64,000 bases of DNA from a bacterium (GTDB lineage: Bacteria > Patescibacteriota > Patescibacteriia > SBBB01): positions 8,980 to 72,979 of the forward strand of contig SBBB01000025.1 of NCBI GenBank assembly GCA_005239895.1. Reading direction: 5' to 3'. The position numbers and the translations under genes are program-made. The notes beneath the pieces were generated by a model. It was not told where the DNA came from. It saw nothing but the letters and a program-made list of their open reading frames with translations, and ran no database searches. Of this stretch, positions 24,731 through 34,779 are shown piece by piece (the stretch's first letter is position 1; the number at the start of each line of letters is the position of its first letter).

Positions 24731-25993
24731 ATGCAATTTATAACTGACCTTCATATTCATTCTAAATATTCAAGGGCTTGTTCAAAATCTTTAAATATAG
24801 AAAACATTGATAAATGGTGCAAAATTAAAGGTATTCAATTAATAGGCACTGGAGATTTTACGCATCCGGCCTGGATGCAAGAACTGAAGACCAAGCTTAA
24901 AATACAATCCAATGGTTTATATGTTTCAAATAATACAAGTCAAAATGATCCGATTTATTTTGTTCCCACAGTTGAAATTAGTTGTATTTACAGGAGATAT
25001 AATCAAACTCGTCGCGTGCATTTAATTATAGTGGTAAAAAATTTAGAAATTGCGGAAGAAATAAATACTAGATTAAGTAAGCTCGGTAAATTAGCCAGTG
25101 ATGGACGACCAATTTTAGGGCTAGATTCCGAAGAACTAGCTAAAATTGTTATAGATGCGTCACTGGAGTCAATTATTATACCGGCGCATATTTGGACACC
25201 CTGGTTTAGTCTCTATGGATCTAATTCAGGCTTTAATTCTATAGAGGAGTGTTTTGGAGAAATGAGTAAATATATTTATGCCGTAGAAACAGGCTTGTCT
25301 TCTAACCCCCCTATGAATTGGATGGTCAGTGATTTGGACAATGTTTTAATAATATCTAATTCCGATGCCCACTCTTTGGAAAAGCTGGGGCGCGAAGCTA
25401 GTATTTTTGAAGGTTTAGAACTTTCTTATAGTGCGTTATTTGAAGCTTTTAGTAAAAGAAACTTAAGTCGTGATTCTAAATTAAAATTAGTTTCTACAAT
25501 TGAATTTTTTCCCGAAGAAGGAAAATATTATCATGATGGACATTTAAACTGCAAGGTATCTTTAGCTCCAACTCAAGAGAATGCGCATAAAATTTGTCCG
25601 GTATGCCATAAAAAGTTAACCGTTGGAGTGTTAAGTCGAGCCAATGACTTGGCTAATAGAACTTGGGGCGAAAAATCTCCCTTAGCCTTGCCGTATAAAA
25701 ATATTATTCCTTTAATTGAAATTATTTCGGAAGCCTTGGGAGTGGGAGTACAGTCTAAATCTTGTCGTTCATTATATTTTGATTTAGTTTCACGATTTGG
25801 TTCGGAGTTTAATATTCTTTTAAATCTTTCTTTGGATTTGCTTAGTGATTCGTCTTTGGTAAATATTAAAGAGGGTGTTCGCAAAGTACGATCTGGTGAG
25901 GTAAGTATTGAGCCAGGACATGATGGTGTTTTTGGTAAAATAAACTTAAATATTAATCCTAAAAATTACAAACAAGCAAGTTTAATGGTTTGA
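24731..25993 (+). CDS. Endonuclease Q-like PHP-domain protein (TIGR00375-type) with a C-terminal zinc finger.
   Basis: N-terminus DLHIHSKYSRACSK...GTGDFTHP is PHP-like. Later motifs are SNSDAHS and CPVCHKK. The size (420 aa) matches archaeal EndoQ. Confidence 0.5.
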   Translation: MQFITDLHIHSKYSRACSKSLNIENIDKWCKIKGIQLIGTGDFTHPAWMQELKTKLKIQSNGLYVSNNTSQNDPIYFVPTVEISCIYRRYNQTRRVHLIIVVKNLEIAEEINTRLSKLGKLASDGRPILGLDSEELAKIVIDASLESIIIPAHIWTPWFSLYGSNSGFNSIEECFGEMSKYIYAVETGLSSNPPMNWMVSDLDNVLIISNSDAHSLEKLGREASIFEGLELSYSALFEAFSKRNLSRDSKLKLVSTIEFFPEEGKYYHDGHLNCKVSLAPTQENAHKICPVCHKKLTVGVLSRANDLANRTWGEKSPLALPYKNIIPLIEIISEALGVGVQSKSCRSLYFDLVSRFGSEFNILLNLSLDLLSDSSLVNIKEGVRKVRSGEVSIEPGHDGVFGKINLNINPKNYKQASLMV

Positions 25994-26008
25994 CAATCTA
26001 CTGAGTCT

Positions 26009-26031
26009 ACTTAGTGGCAAGGCGACTAAGT
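26009..26031. repeat. 23-bp imperfect palindrome ACTTAGTGGCAAGGCGACTAAGT (one of four copies), followed by two partial reiterations.
   Basis: Identical or inverse copies lie at 34497-34519, 34566-34588 and 59172-59194. Confidence 0.8.
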
Positions 26032-26099
26032 GCTGTTAAAAGCGGCTAAGTGCTGTTACTAAGTGTTGTTAAATTATGTGTTTGATGTTTTTTTAAATC

Positions 26100-26126
26100 A
26101 TGTTTGGCGATCCGATCGCTAAACAT
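26100..26126. repeat. Palindrome ATGTTTGGCGATCCGATCGCTAAACAT between convergent genes.
   Basis: Member of the ATGTTTRG...CYAAACAT family. Confidence 0.75.
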
Positions 26127-26128
26127 TA

Positions 26129-27133
26129 CTATATTGAGAAATGTATTAAGTTGCGTACTTCGGCTAAGGTTTTTTGTGCTACTTTGCGCGCGTTCGCAGA
26201 ACCATCTTTAAGCATGTTTAAAATTTTAGTTTTGTCTTTGCTTAAGGCTTCGCGTCGTTGACGAACGGGTTTTATTAAATCTATTAAAACTTGAATTAAT
26301 CTCTTTTTTAAAACAACATCTCCCAGTCCCCCAGCCTGATATTGTTTTTTTAATTTGCTAATTTCGTTTTTATTAGGATCAAAAATATCTAGATAAGTAA
26401 AAACTGTATTTCCCTTTATATGTCCGGGGTCTGTAATTTTAAGATGTTTAGAATCTGTATACATTGACATTACACTTTTTTCTATTTCTTCATCAGTGGA
26501 CGAAAGATAAATAGCATTATTAAGACTTTTACTCATTTTTGTTTTTCCATCTATACCGGGCAATAAACTTGTACTTTCAGATAATAAAGGTTTAACCGTA
26601 TTAAAAAATACAGCGCGAGGAGAATAAAGTTTATTAAACCTTAAGGCTATTTCATTGGTTTGCTCTAACATTGGTAGTTGATCTTTACCAACCGGTACTA
26701 AATGAGCTTTAAATGCTAAAATATCAGCGGCCTGAGAAATTGGGTATACTAAAAAGCCGACGGGTATATTGTTCGTCATTTGTTTTTGTTTCATTTCAGT
26801 TTTAACAGTTGGATTTCTTTGGAGACGAGCCAAGGTTACTAAGTTTAAAAAATACACAGTTAATTCCGCAAGTTCGGGAATTAAAGATTGTACAAAAATT
26901 GTAGTTTTTTGAGGATCAATACCCACGGCCAAATAATCCAAAGCAACCTCGGTAATATTTTCTTGAATTTTAGATGGGTTGTCAGTATTATCAGTTAAAC
27001 CTTGAATATCAGCAATCATTACGAATTGATTATAGTCGTTTTGTAATTTAACGCGATTTTGTAGAGACCCAACATAATGTCCAAGGTGTAGTTTGCCAGT
27101 TGGTCTATCCCCGGTTAAAATTATAGGTTTCAT
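26129..27133 (-). CDS. trpS: Tryptophanyl-tRNA synthetase.
   Basis: TGDRPTGKLHLGHYVGSL (HIGH region) and KMSKS. Confidence 0.9.
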   Translation of the reverse strand: MKPIILTGDRPTGKLHLGHYVGSLQNRVKLQNDYNQFVMIADIQGLTDNTDNPSKIQENITEVALDYLAVGIDPQKTTIFVQSLIPELAELTVYFLNLVTLARLQRNPTVKTEMKQKQMTNNIPVGFLVYPISQAADILAFKAHLVPVGKDQLPMLEQTNEIALRFNKLYSPRAVFFNTVKPLLSESTSLLPGIDGKTKMSKSLNNAIYLSSTDEEIEKSVMSMYTDSKHLKITDPGHIKGNTVFTYLDIFDPNKNEISKLKKQYQAGGLGDVVLKKRLIQVLIDLIKPVRQRREALSKDKTKILNMLKDGSANARKVAQKTLAEVRNLIHFSI

Positions 27134-27239
27134 ATTAATTAATGTTTCTATATTAATACAGTATATTAAAATTTTATTGAGTTTGCAATATCGTCTTTAG
27201 GTATTAGTTTTTTTAGGTTTTTGGTTAATAAGCGTGTTT

Positions 27240-28250
27240 TTAATTATTTAATAACCATTTGTGTTTATTAATTACGTGCTCAGCGTGAGTTTTACTAAAC
27301 ACACTTTCACCGTTTGGTTTAGATAAAAAATATAAATAAGGTGAATCTTGAGGGTTTAAAGCGGCGTTTAAAGATTCATAGCCAGGGTTGGAAATAGGCG
27401 TCGGAGGCAAACCCTTGTATTTATAAGTATTATAGGGGTTATCAATTTTCAGTTCTTGTTCATTAAGCCTGAAGCTTTGATTATGAGTGATATAATTTAA
27501 AGTAGAATCAACTTGTAGGGGCATATTTATTTTTAAGCGTTTCCATAATATATCGCTTACAATTGATTTTTCAGTATTAAATTTAACTTCACGTTCAATG
27601 ATACTAGCGATAGTTACAATATCATAAAGAGTGGGCTCACTAGATGAGGTAATTTTTGTAGTCTGTTTTTGCATGCGATTTTGAAAATTAGTTAACATTT
27701 TATTGATAATATTATTGGCCGTAGCATTGTTGTGAATTTGGTAAGTGTCTGGAAATAAAAAACCTTCCAGAGTATTTGAAGATATGTTTTCTAAAAATGT
27801 GTATTTAGATTTATATTTTTGAACTTGATGAGCTTCTTTTATAAACTCCCCCTTGGGTAAAATACTTTTATTAAATAAATAATTATCCATTTGCTCGATT
27901 GTCCAGCCATCCACTAGGGTTATTTTTATGTCTGTGGGATATATTTGTCCGTACTGCAACATAGATATTACTTGTTTTAAGGTTAAACCATCTTTAAAAT
28001 AATATTCACCGGCTTGTAGTTGAGTATTATTTTTTAATCTAATAATAATTTTAAAAAGAGTGGAGCTAGATATAATATTTTTTTCATATAATAAATTTGC
28101 AATGGTAGCAACCCTAGCCCCAGATTGGATAATTATTCGCGCCGAATCAGGGTTAGTCCATTTCATTAAATAATACACCCATAGCGTTGAGCTAATTAAT
28201 ATAATCAATATGCAAAAGATTAAATATTTTTGTATGGTTTTAGGTTGCAT
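27240..28250 (-). CDS. mltG: Endolytic murein transglycosylase MltG/YceG family.
   Basis: N-terminal TM helix; C-terminal NPYNTYKYKGLPPTPISNPG...AALNP signature. Confidence 0.8.
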   Translation of the reverse strand: MQPKTIQKYLIFCILIILISSTLWVYYLMKWTNPDSARIIIQSGARVATIANLLYEKNIISSSTLFKIIIRLKNNTQLQAGEYYFKDGLTLKQVISMLQYGQIYPTDIKITLVDGWTIEQMDNYLFNKSILPKGEFIKEAHQVQKYKSKYTFLENISSNTLEGFLFPDTYQIHNNATANNIINKMLTNFQNRMQKQTTKITSSSEPTLYDIVTIASIIEREVKFNTEKSIVSDILWKRLKINMPLQVDSTLNYITHNQSFRLNEQELKIDNPYNTYKYKGLPPTPISNPGYESLNAALNPQDSPYLYFLSKPNGESVFSKTHAEHVINKHKWLLNN

Positions 28251-28268
28251 ACGATAAAACTATGTTTT

Positions 28269-29789
28269 TTATATAATTGAAACCCCGGGAATTTCGTTAC
28301 TGGAAATGTCTAATAGTTTTAAAATTGTGGGCGCAATGTCTGTTAAGTTTCTTTTAGGTTGCACCAAACTTAAATCATGGCCACTATATTCACATTCTTC
28401 AAGGTTTTTACCTTCTAAATTTTTGTTTACTAAAATAAATGGTACGGGATTAGTAGTATGTTTAGGATCGGAGATATCTGTTGAAATATTCATTATATTT
28501 TCACTATTTCCATGGTCAGATGTAATTATTAAACTAGCTCCATTTATTAGCGCGCACTCAGCGATGTAGTCAATATATTTATCTATAATTTCAATGGTTT
28601 GGATAGTATTTTTTAAAACCCCACTGTGAGCGGCCCTATCAACGCAACTTAGATTTGCGACTATAAAATGATATTCTTGTTTTTCAATAGCTTTAATAAT
28701 ATGTTTTGATATTTCTTTGGTTTCATGGATTGCAGATTGCATATTTATTAGTAATCGATGTTCATTTGGATAGGCTTCTTTTACGCCACCATTAAAAAAA
28801 TAAGTTAGGTAGGGATAAGCATCGGTTGTAGTGATCCGTAGTTGAGATAAATTATTATAACTAATAATTTTACCCAAAGATTGATTTAAGGATTTAGCTG
28901 TAAATTCTGTGTTATTTGTTAAATTATGATTAATTAAAGTCGCGATGGATACATTTTTAAAAGTATAAGTTAAAAATTTAGCTTCAGATTGATTTACAAA
29001 TGCGGTTATTAAATTACGTAAACTTCCGGGTTTAGAATTAAAAAATATTATACTATCATTATCGTGAATAGCATGAGTTTTAGGGTGGCTTGTGGAGTGA
29101 GAATTTATAATTACCGACGGATGGATTTGGTGGGCGGCAATATTTTGAGATTGAAAATTATTTAAAATTTCTAGCGGATTAGAAAAAACATATTTTGAAT
29201 TTTCGCTTACGATAATGTTATATTCTTTTTCAGTTCTTTGCCAATATCCTTGGGTGTCATCAGCGTACCACGAACCAGATAAACTAGCTATTTTTGTATT
29301 TCCAGTTTTTGCGATTTCGCTTGATAAGTTATTTATAGATTGAATTATTTTAGAGTAAGCATTGTAATCACCTTCCAGCACTCCATGTATTAATATTTTG
29401 TTTAAATTATATTTCTGGGTTATTCTTAAAACGGTATATAAATACTCTAGATCATTGTATTCATCTTCTTGGTGCAAGTATCCAATTAAATGCAGAGTTG
29501 AGTTGTGTTTTTTGGCGTGTTTTAGAGTGTTTAAAAATTCGTCTTTGATAAATAGATTAGCATCCGTATTAGCGCTGTTAATCTGAGTTTTACTAGCCCC
29601 GATGGCCATATGACCAGATGCGCAACCCAATGAAAATGACTCATTATTAACATTAACCTTTAATGGTAAACTGGGGTATCTATTCAATAGTTTGTGTAAA
29701 TAAGGCGTTTTAGCTAAAGCGACAGCATTAACACTGGAAGCCGGTGCTACACCATAACCATCTATTATTAATAAAACAACACAAGGCAT
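28269..29789 (-). CDS. gpmI: 2,3-bisphosphoglycerate-independent phosphoglycerate mutase.
   Basis: Alkaline-phosphatase-type metal sites: IDGYG N-terminus and ITSDHGN near the C-terminus. Confidence 0.85.
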   Translation of the reverse strand: MPCVVLLIIDGYGVAPASSVNAVALAKTPYLHKLLNRYPSLPLKVNVNNESFSLGCASGHMAIGASKTQINSANTDANLFIKDEFLNTLKHAKKHNSTLHLIGYLHQEDEYNDLEYLYTVLRITQKYNLNKILIHGVLEGDYNAYSKIIQSINNLSSEIAKTGNTKIASLSGSWYADDTQGYWQRTEKEYNIIVSENSKYVFSNPLEILNNFQSQNIAAHQIHPSVIINSHSTSHPKTHAIHDNDSIIFFNSKPGSLRNLITAFVNQSEAKFLTYTFKNVSIATLINHNLTNNTEFTAKSLNQSLGKIISYNNLSQLRITTTDAYPYLTYFFNGGVKEAYPNEHRLLINMQSAIHETKEISKHIIKAIEKQEYHFIVANLSCVDRAAHSGVLKNTIQTIEIIDKYIDYIAECALINGASLIITSDHGNSENIMNISTDISDPKHTTNPVPFILVNKNLEGKNLEECEYSGHDLSLVQPKRNLTDIAPTILKLLDISSNEIPGVSII

Positions 29790-29819
29790 ATCAATATAAT
29801 TTAAATATTAATTTTGACT

Positions 29820-31076
29820 TTAGTTCTGTTGAGTAGTATTTTGTAAAGCTTGTATGCCAGGTAATTTTTTGCCAGCTAAAAAATTTAACATTGCTCCCCC
29901 ACCCGTAGAAATATAGTCTATTTGAGATTTTTTGATGTTTCTAATAGCTTCAATGGTTTCTCCTCCCCCTAAGGCTACAAATATTTTGGGTGACATTGAT
30001 AACTTCGCTAATAGCTTGGTTAAATTTATAGTTCCAATTTTAGTAAATTTATTTTCTAAAATACCCAAAGGACCGTTCCATACAATAGTTTTAGATTGTT
30101 TTAAAATTGTGGCGTAGGATTGAAAGGTATCTTTCCCGACATCAGAGATGATCCACTTGGGTGGAATGCTATCACCAACTTTAATGGTCCTATTTTCTTG
30201 TCTATTAGAAATTAAAACATCGTTTGGAAAAATAATTTTAGAAGAATGTTTTTTTAAGATATCTTTAGCTGGTTTTAAATTTTGAGCATCTATTTTAGAT
30301 TCCCCGATATCTATACCACGAGCGGCCATAAAAGTATTTGCCATTATTCCTCCCAATAAAACATGGTTAACCTTATTAATTAGATGTTTGATAATTAGTA
30401 TTTTATCCGTGATTTTTGCTCCACCTAAAATTAATGTAAATGGTTTGCCTGTTTTAGGTTGAGTTAGGCGATTTAAAATTCGTATTTCATTAAATAAATT
30501 TAATCCAGCATAGCTTGGTAAATATTTGGGAACGCCCACAACTGAAGCGTGCTTGCGATGACTAACTGAAAAAGCCTCATTAACGTAAATATCAGCGTGT
30601 TTAGATAATTGTTTCGCGAATTTTAAATCGCATTTTTCTTCTTCGGGGTAAAAACGCAAATTTTCTAATAACACAATATCTCCTGGTAATAAACTTTCTA
30701 AATTATGATTGTTAAGATTGGAGGGTTTTGAGTTTTTTGACAATAACCAGTATTTTATATTTTTATTTCCTATTTTGGTTTCAAAAGGCAAGACCTTGCG
30801 TTTTAATAAAATACCCAATCTCAGAGCCTGAGGTTGTAAAGATAAGTGGGGGTCAATTTGTCCACCCGGTTCTCCACAATGACTAATTAAAATTATTTTA
30901 GCTTGTTGTTTGAGTAAATAATAAATTGTTGGTAAAGAGTTTTGAATGCGACTATCATCTCCAAGTTTAACAATATTAGGTTCAGTAATTATTAATGGTT
31001 CATTAAAATCTACTCGAACCAAGATTGATTTTTTATGGCAGTTTCGTAATTTAGTAAGCGTTTTTAAATTTAACAT
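29820..31076 (-). CDS. pgk: Phosphoglycerate kinase.
   Basis: ILVRVDFNEP, GGGA and hinge motifs. The start is set at the internal Met (MLNLKTL), which ends just before the gap stop codon; the listed start at 31106 would overlap gap. Confidence 0.85.
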   Translation of the reverse strand: MLNLKTLTKLRNCHKKSILVRVDFNEPLIITEPNIVKLGDDSRIQNSLPTIYYLLKQQAKIILISHCGEPGGQIDPHLSLQPQALRLGILLKRKVLPFETKIGNKNIKYWLLSKNSKPSNLNNHNLESLLPGDIVLLENLRFYPEEEKCDLKFAKQLSKHADIYVNEAFSVSHRKHASVVGVPKYLPSYAGLNLFNEIRILNRLTQPKTGKPFTLILGGAKITDKILIIKHLINKVNHVLLGGIMANTFMAARGIDIGESKIDAQNLKPAKDILKKHSSKIIFPNDVLISNRQENRTIKVGDSIPPKWIISDVGKDTFQSYATILKQSKTIVWNGPLGILENKFTKIGTINLTKLLAKLSMSPKIFVALGGGETIEAIRNIKKSQIDYISTGGGAMLNFLAGKKLPGIQALQNTTQQN

Positions 31077-31077
31077 G

Positions 31078-32097
31078 TTAGAGATAATTTCCAGCCTGAA
31101 TGACATGTTTTAGTAAAGTATAAGTGTAGCCCATCTCATTATCGTACCAAGCCAGGATTTTAATTAAATCTCCATCTACAACTTTAATTAAATTACAATC
31201 TAGTATAGACGCGTAGGGCTCTGAAAGAATATCTCCCGAAATGAGCTCTTCGTCGGTAGTTTTAAAAATTCCATTCCAGCGCTTATCTTTTTCAGCGGTT
31301 TTAAAAATACGAATCAAATCTTCTTTGGTGGTTTTATTTTTAGTTAATAAGGTGATATCTGATATTGATCCGGCAATACTAGGAACTCTGATTGCTAAAC
31401 CATCAAATAATCCTTTTAAATTTTGTATAACTCGCGTAACCGAGATGGCCGCGCCAGTTGTAGACGGAACTATATTAACCGCGGCTGCTCTACCTCGGCG
31501 CCAATCACCATGATCAGGTCCGTCTATTAATTTTTGGGTAGCTGTATAAGAATGTATGGTGGTAAGCATGGCTTTTTGAATACCAACGGTTGAATTTAAA
31601 ATTTCAATTACAGGATGAGATGAGTTCGTAGTACAAGATCCGTTAGAACTTATTTTACATTTACTTAACGCGTTTTCATTTATTCCCATTAAGACTGTCT
31701 GGCCAACGCCTTCTTGATCGTCATCTTTGGCTGGAGCAGAAATAACAACTCGTTTTGCCCCTGCAGTTAAGTGTTGTTTGGATTTTTCAAAAGTTTCGTA
31801 AAAACCACTTGATTCCACTACTATATCAATATCTAGATTTTTCCAGGGTAGTTTAGTAGGATCTTTTTCTTGAATAAATTTAACACTTTGGTCACAAACC
31901 CTAAAACCACCAGGTTCGACGGTAATATCTTTATTCCATTTTTTGTAAACCGAGTCGTATTTTAATAAATAGGCCAAGTTGGCAGCTTCTCCGAGATCAT
32001 TTATAGCTACAATCTTAATCTCGGGATGTTCGCAAGCTATTTTAAAAAATGCTCGCCCTATTCTACCAAAACCATTAATAGCAATTTTTAGAGGCAT
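31078..32097 (-). CDS. gap: Glyceraldehyde-3-phosphate dehydrogenase.
   Basis: INGFGRIGR NAD-binding motif; active-site SCTTN. Confidence 0.9.
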   Translation of the reverse strand: MPLKIAINGFGRIGRAFFKIACEHPEIKIVAINDLGEAANLAYLLKYDSVYKKWNKDITVEPGGFRVCDQSVKFIQEKDPTKLPWKNLDIDIVVESSGFYETFEKSKQHLTAGAKRVVISAPAKDDDQEGVGQTVLMGINENALSKCKISSNGSCTTNSSHPVIEILNSTVGIQKAMLTTIHSYTATQKLIDGPDHGDWRRGRAAAVNIVPSTTGAAISVTRVIQNLKGLFDGLAIRVPSIAGSISDITLLTKNKTTKEDLIRIFKTAEKDKRWNGIFKTTDEELISGDILSEPYASILDCNLIKVVDGDLIKILAWYDNEMGYTYTLLKHVIQAGNYL

Positions 32098-32155
32098 ATT
32101 TTTGATTTAGGAGTTAGCTTTTTAGCTTGTAGCCAACTTCTGTTTTTTATTTAAA

Positions 32156-32740
32156 TTAAATACTAAGCCTAACAAATTTTCCAACCTGTATATTCTCGCC
32201 AAATTTTACCGAAGCTTCATTAATTAATTCCGAAATTTTTGTAACTTCATCCTTAATATATAATTGATCTAACAAGCAGTTTTCCGTATAATATTTGTCT
32301 AATTTTCCGCTTATAATTTTATCAATAATATTAGCTGGTTTATTGGCCAGAGCTGGATCTTGAGCACAAGACTGGGTTTCGGTTTCTACAACATTAGCAG
32401 GAATATCTTGACGACTTAAATAAGATGGATTAGTAGCTGCTATATGCAAGGCTAAATTATGCGCTAATTCTCTAAACTGTTCATTATTAGCTACAAAATC
32501 AGTTTCACACATAAGTTCAATCATTACACCAACCTTGTTATTACTATGAATGTAAGAAACTATTACACCCTGAGAGGTTGGCTTAGCTGTGTTAACTTTT
32601 AACTTAGATTTACGTTTTAAATTTTCTAAAGTTTTAAAATAATCTCCATTATTTTCTTCCAAGGTTGATTTACATTCTAAAATACTCAACCCAGTTTCAT
32701 CTCTAAGTTTTTTAATATAATCAAAATTTATATTGCTCAT
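32156..32740 (-). CDS. tsf: Elongation factor Ts (short form).
   Basis: N-terminal UBA-like KKLRDETGLSILECKSTLEENNGDYFKTLENLKRK. Confidence 0.8.
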   Translation of the reverse strand: MSNINFDYIKKLRDETGLSILECKSTLEENNGDYFKTLENLKRKSKLKVNTAKPTSQGVIVSYIHSNNKVGVMIELMCETDFVANNEQFRELAHNLALHIAATNPSYLSRQDIPANVVETETQSCAQDPALANKPANIIDKIISGKLDKYYTENCLLDQLYIKDEVTKISELINEASVKFGENIQVGKFVRLSI

Positions 32741-32919
32741 AAAGCGTTGTTTATTAATAGATAAAGCTTATTAGATCATCTTAGTTTATATTATAAGTTA
32801 TTTTTTATAAAATGTCTATAATTAAATGTGGATAATGTTTTGATTTAAGATTTAAGATTTAGAAGCTAGGATTTATCCGCCTAAATTTACCTTGTAAATT
32901 TTGACGGATTAACAGTATA

Positions 32920-33891
32920 ATGAATAATATGCCATCTAATTTATTAAAAATTCATACTTTGGTTTATAGGTTTTTAGAATATCTGGAGATTGAAAAAAAT
33001 GTTAGCAAATTAACACTTAGAAATTATACTTTTTATTTAGATCGTTTTATTAAATGGTTGGACGAACGCAATGTGGATACGATTGATAAAATGAATCAAT
33101 CTGTCATGCGTGAGTATAGAATATGGTTAAATAGATACAAAACCAAACATGATCAAGTTTTAAGAAAAAATACGCAAAATTATCATTTAATAGCTATTAG
33201 AAATTTTTTAAAATATTTAGCTAAGGTGGATGTTTCGTGTTTGGATCATTCCAAAATTGAATTAGCTCGCGTTGCGGAAAGGCAAGTTCAATTTTTAGAT
33301 CACGATGATCTAAATAGACTTTTAGAAGCTCCCCTTATGGTAAATAAATCTAAAGTAGTAGATTCAAATATTATCATGGCTCGCGATAAAGCTATTTTGG
33401 AACTATTGTTTTCAACGGGGTTGCGAGTATCAGAATTAACGGGTTTATATATTGATAATATTAATTTAAAAAAAGATAGCTTTACGATTCGAGGAAAAGG
33501 TGATAAGTTAAGGTTAGTATTTTTGTCTAAAATAGCCAGATTGTGGATTGCAAAATATTTAGACCTGCGTAAGGACTTAAATCCTTATTTGTTTATCAGT
33601 CATAATATTAATAATCAAACCATAATTACACAGCGCGAAGGCTTGACCAATCGCTCGATTCAACGTTTAATTATAAAGTACGCTAAAGTAGCTGGGATAA
33701 CTAAAAAAGTTACGCCCCATACTTTGCGTCATTCTTTTGCGACCGATCTTTTAATGAACGGAGCTAATTTGCGTTCTGTGCAGGAATTGTTAGGACACAC
33801 TTCTATTAGCACTACTCAGATTTATACGCACTTAACTGACCAGCACCTGAATCAGGTTTATCAAACATTTCACGACACTAAGAGAAAGTAA
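32920..33891 (+). CDS. Tyrosine recombinase, XerC/XerD family.
   Basis: C-terminal HTLRHSFATDLLMNGANLRSVQELLGHTSISTTQIYTHL, including the catalytic RHxxR and Y. The N-terminal SAM-like core-binding domain is present. Confidence 0.8.
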   Translation: MNNMPSNLLKIHTLVYRFLEYLEIEKNVSKLTLRNYTFYLDRFIKWLDERNVDTIDKMNQSVMREYRIWLNRYKTKHDQVLRKNTQNYHLIAIRNFLKYLAKVDVSCLDHSKIELARVAERQVQFLDHDDLNRLLEAPLMVNKSKVVDSNIIMARDKAILELLFSTGLRVSELTGLYIDNINLKKDSFTIRGKGDKLRLVFLSKIARLWIAKYLDLRKDLNPYLFISHNINNQTIITQREGLTNRSIQRLIIKYAKVAGITKKVTPHTLRHSFATDLLMNGANLRSVQELLGHTSISTTQIYTHLTDQHLNQVYQTFHDTKRK

Positions 33892-33986
33892 AAAACCAAG
33901 AGTTAGAAAGTTGAAAGTAATAAAATTTATTAAAAAATAATTACTTTAAAACTTTCAATTTTTAACTTTCCAGCTTACTGTATTTT

Positions 33987-34061
33987 GCCCTTGTAGTTCA
34001 ATGGATAGAATAGGGGACTTCTAATCCCTAGATCGAGGTTCGATTCCTCGCGAGGGCACCA
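33987..34061 (+). tRNA. tRNA-Arg (anticodon TCT) with encoded CCA.
   Basis: GCCCTTGTAGTTCAATGGATAGAATAGGGGACTTCTAATCCCTAGATCGAGGTTCGATTCCTCGCGAGGGCACCA. Anticodon loop CTTCTAA; 7-bp acceptor stem. Confidence 0.85.
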
Positions 34062-34496
34062 AAATTTTGTTTCGTTATAACTTCACAAAATTAAGATTAA
34101 GATGAAGATGAATAATACATATATTGTACAATATATTTTAGAGCAAAATTTTTCCTCATACACATCCTAACACTTAATACATTTTAGGTTTGTTTTTGAA
34201 CAGCCCTCAAAATCCTGAGTAACTAGTAATCAGTAACTAGTAATTTGGGTAGTTATACTTTTATCATTCTGTTTTTCTTTGTTATTTCCGCGTCTTTTTT
34301 GTCATTCCTGTGTTTTTCTGTCATTCCCTTCCCCGATCAGGTCGAGAGTAAACTCCGGTGGCCAGAAGTGTGTTCGTTCATAACAAATGTAATCCTGTAA
34401 TTAAATCTTTTTAAAACAATAATACTCTTTCTACATAAAATTAAGTTGCCATTTCTTTTGTTGATTAAAATATATATTTGAATACACACCTTTTCT

Positions 34497-34588
34497 ACTT
34501 AGTCGCCTTGCCACTAAGTAGACTGGAAGTGTTTGGAGGTCGGACTTCCAAACATTAATAATATTACTTAGTGGCAAGGCGACTAAGT
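34497..34588. repeat. Composite nested repeat: an inverted pair of the 23-bp ACTTAGTGGCAAGGCGACTAAGT element flanking a GGAAGTGTTTGGAGGTCGGACTTCCAAACATT palindrome.
   Basis: CTTAGTCGCCTTGCCACTAAGT at 34497-34519; palindrome at 34525-34556; ACTTAGTGGCAAGGCGACTAAGT at 34566-34588. Confidence 0.8.
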
Positions 34589-34597
34589 GCTGTTACA

Positions 34598-34648
34598 GTC
34601 ATTCCCGCCTGCGCAGGAATGACAAATAAGACGCGGGAATGACAGTGG
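34598..34648. repeat. Juxtaposed inverted-repeat termini GTCATTCCCGCCTGCGCAGGAATGAC plus GCGGGAATGACAGTGG (solo-type, no cargo).
   Basis: Same motif family as the flanks of the GIY-YIG gene at 10860. Confidence 0.7.
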
Positions 34649-34779
34649 TGGAAACAGTGCATTCATTTTAACTTTTGCGATAATCATTAACCATTGACAG
34701 CGCTTCTATTTATACTATAGTATGATTTATAAACAACTCACGAGCTGTACGCTAACTAAAACCATAAAAGGAGGTTGCC

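Noticed and set aside
32920-34061. Integrase-tRNA pair marking a classical genomic island boundary.
   Set aside because: The recombinase has the XerC/D chromosomal-dimer-resolvase signature and lies upstream of the tRNA rather than inside the downstream candidate island. It is kept only as a weaker hypothesis in the findings.
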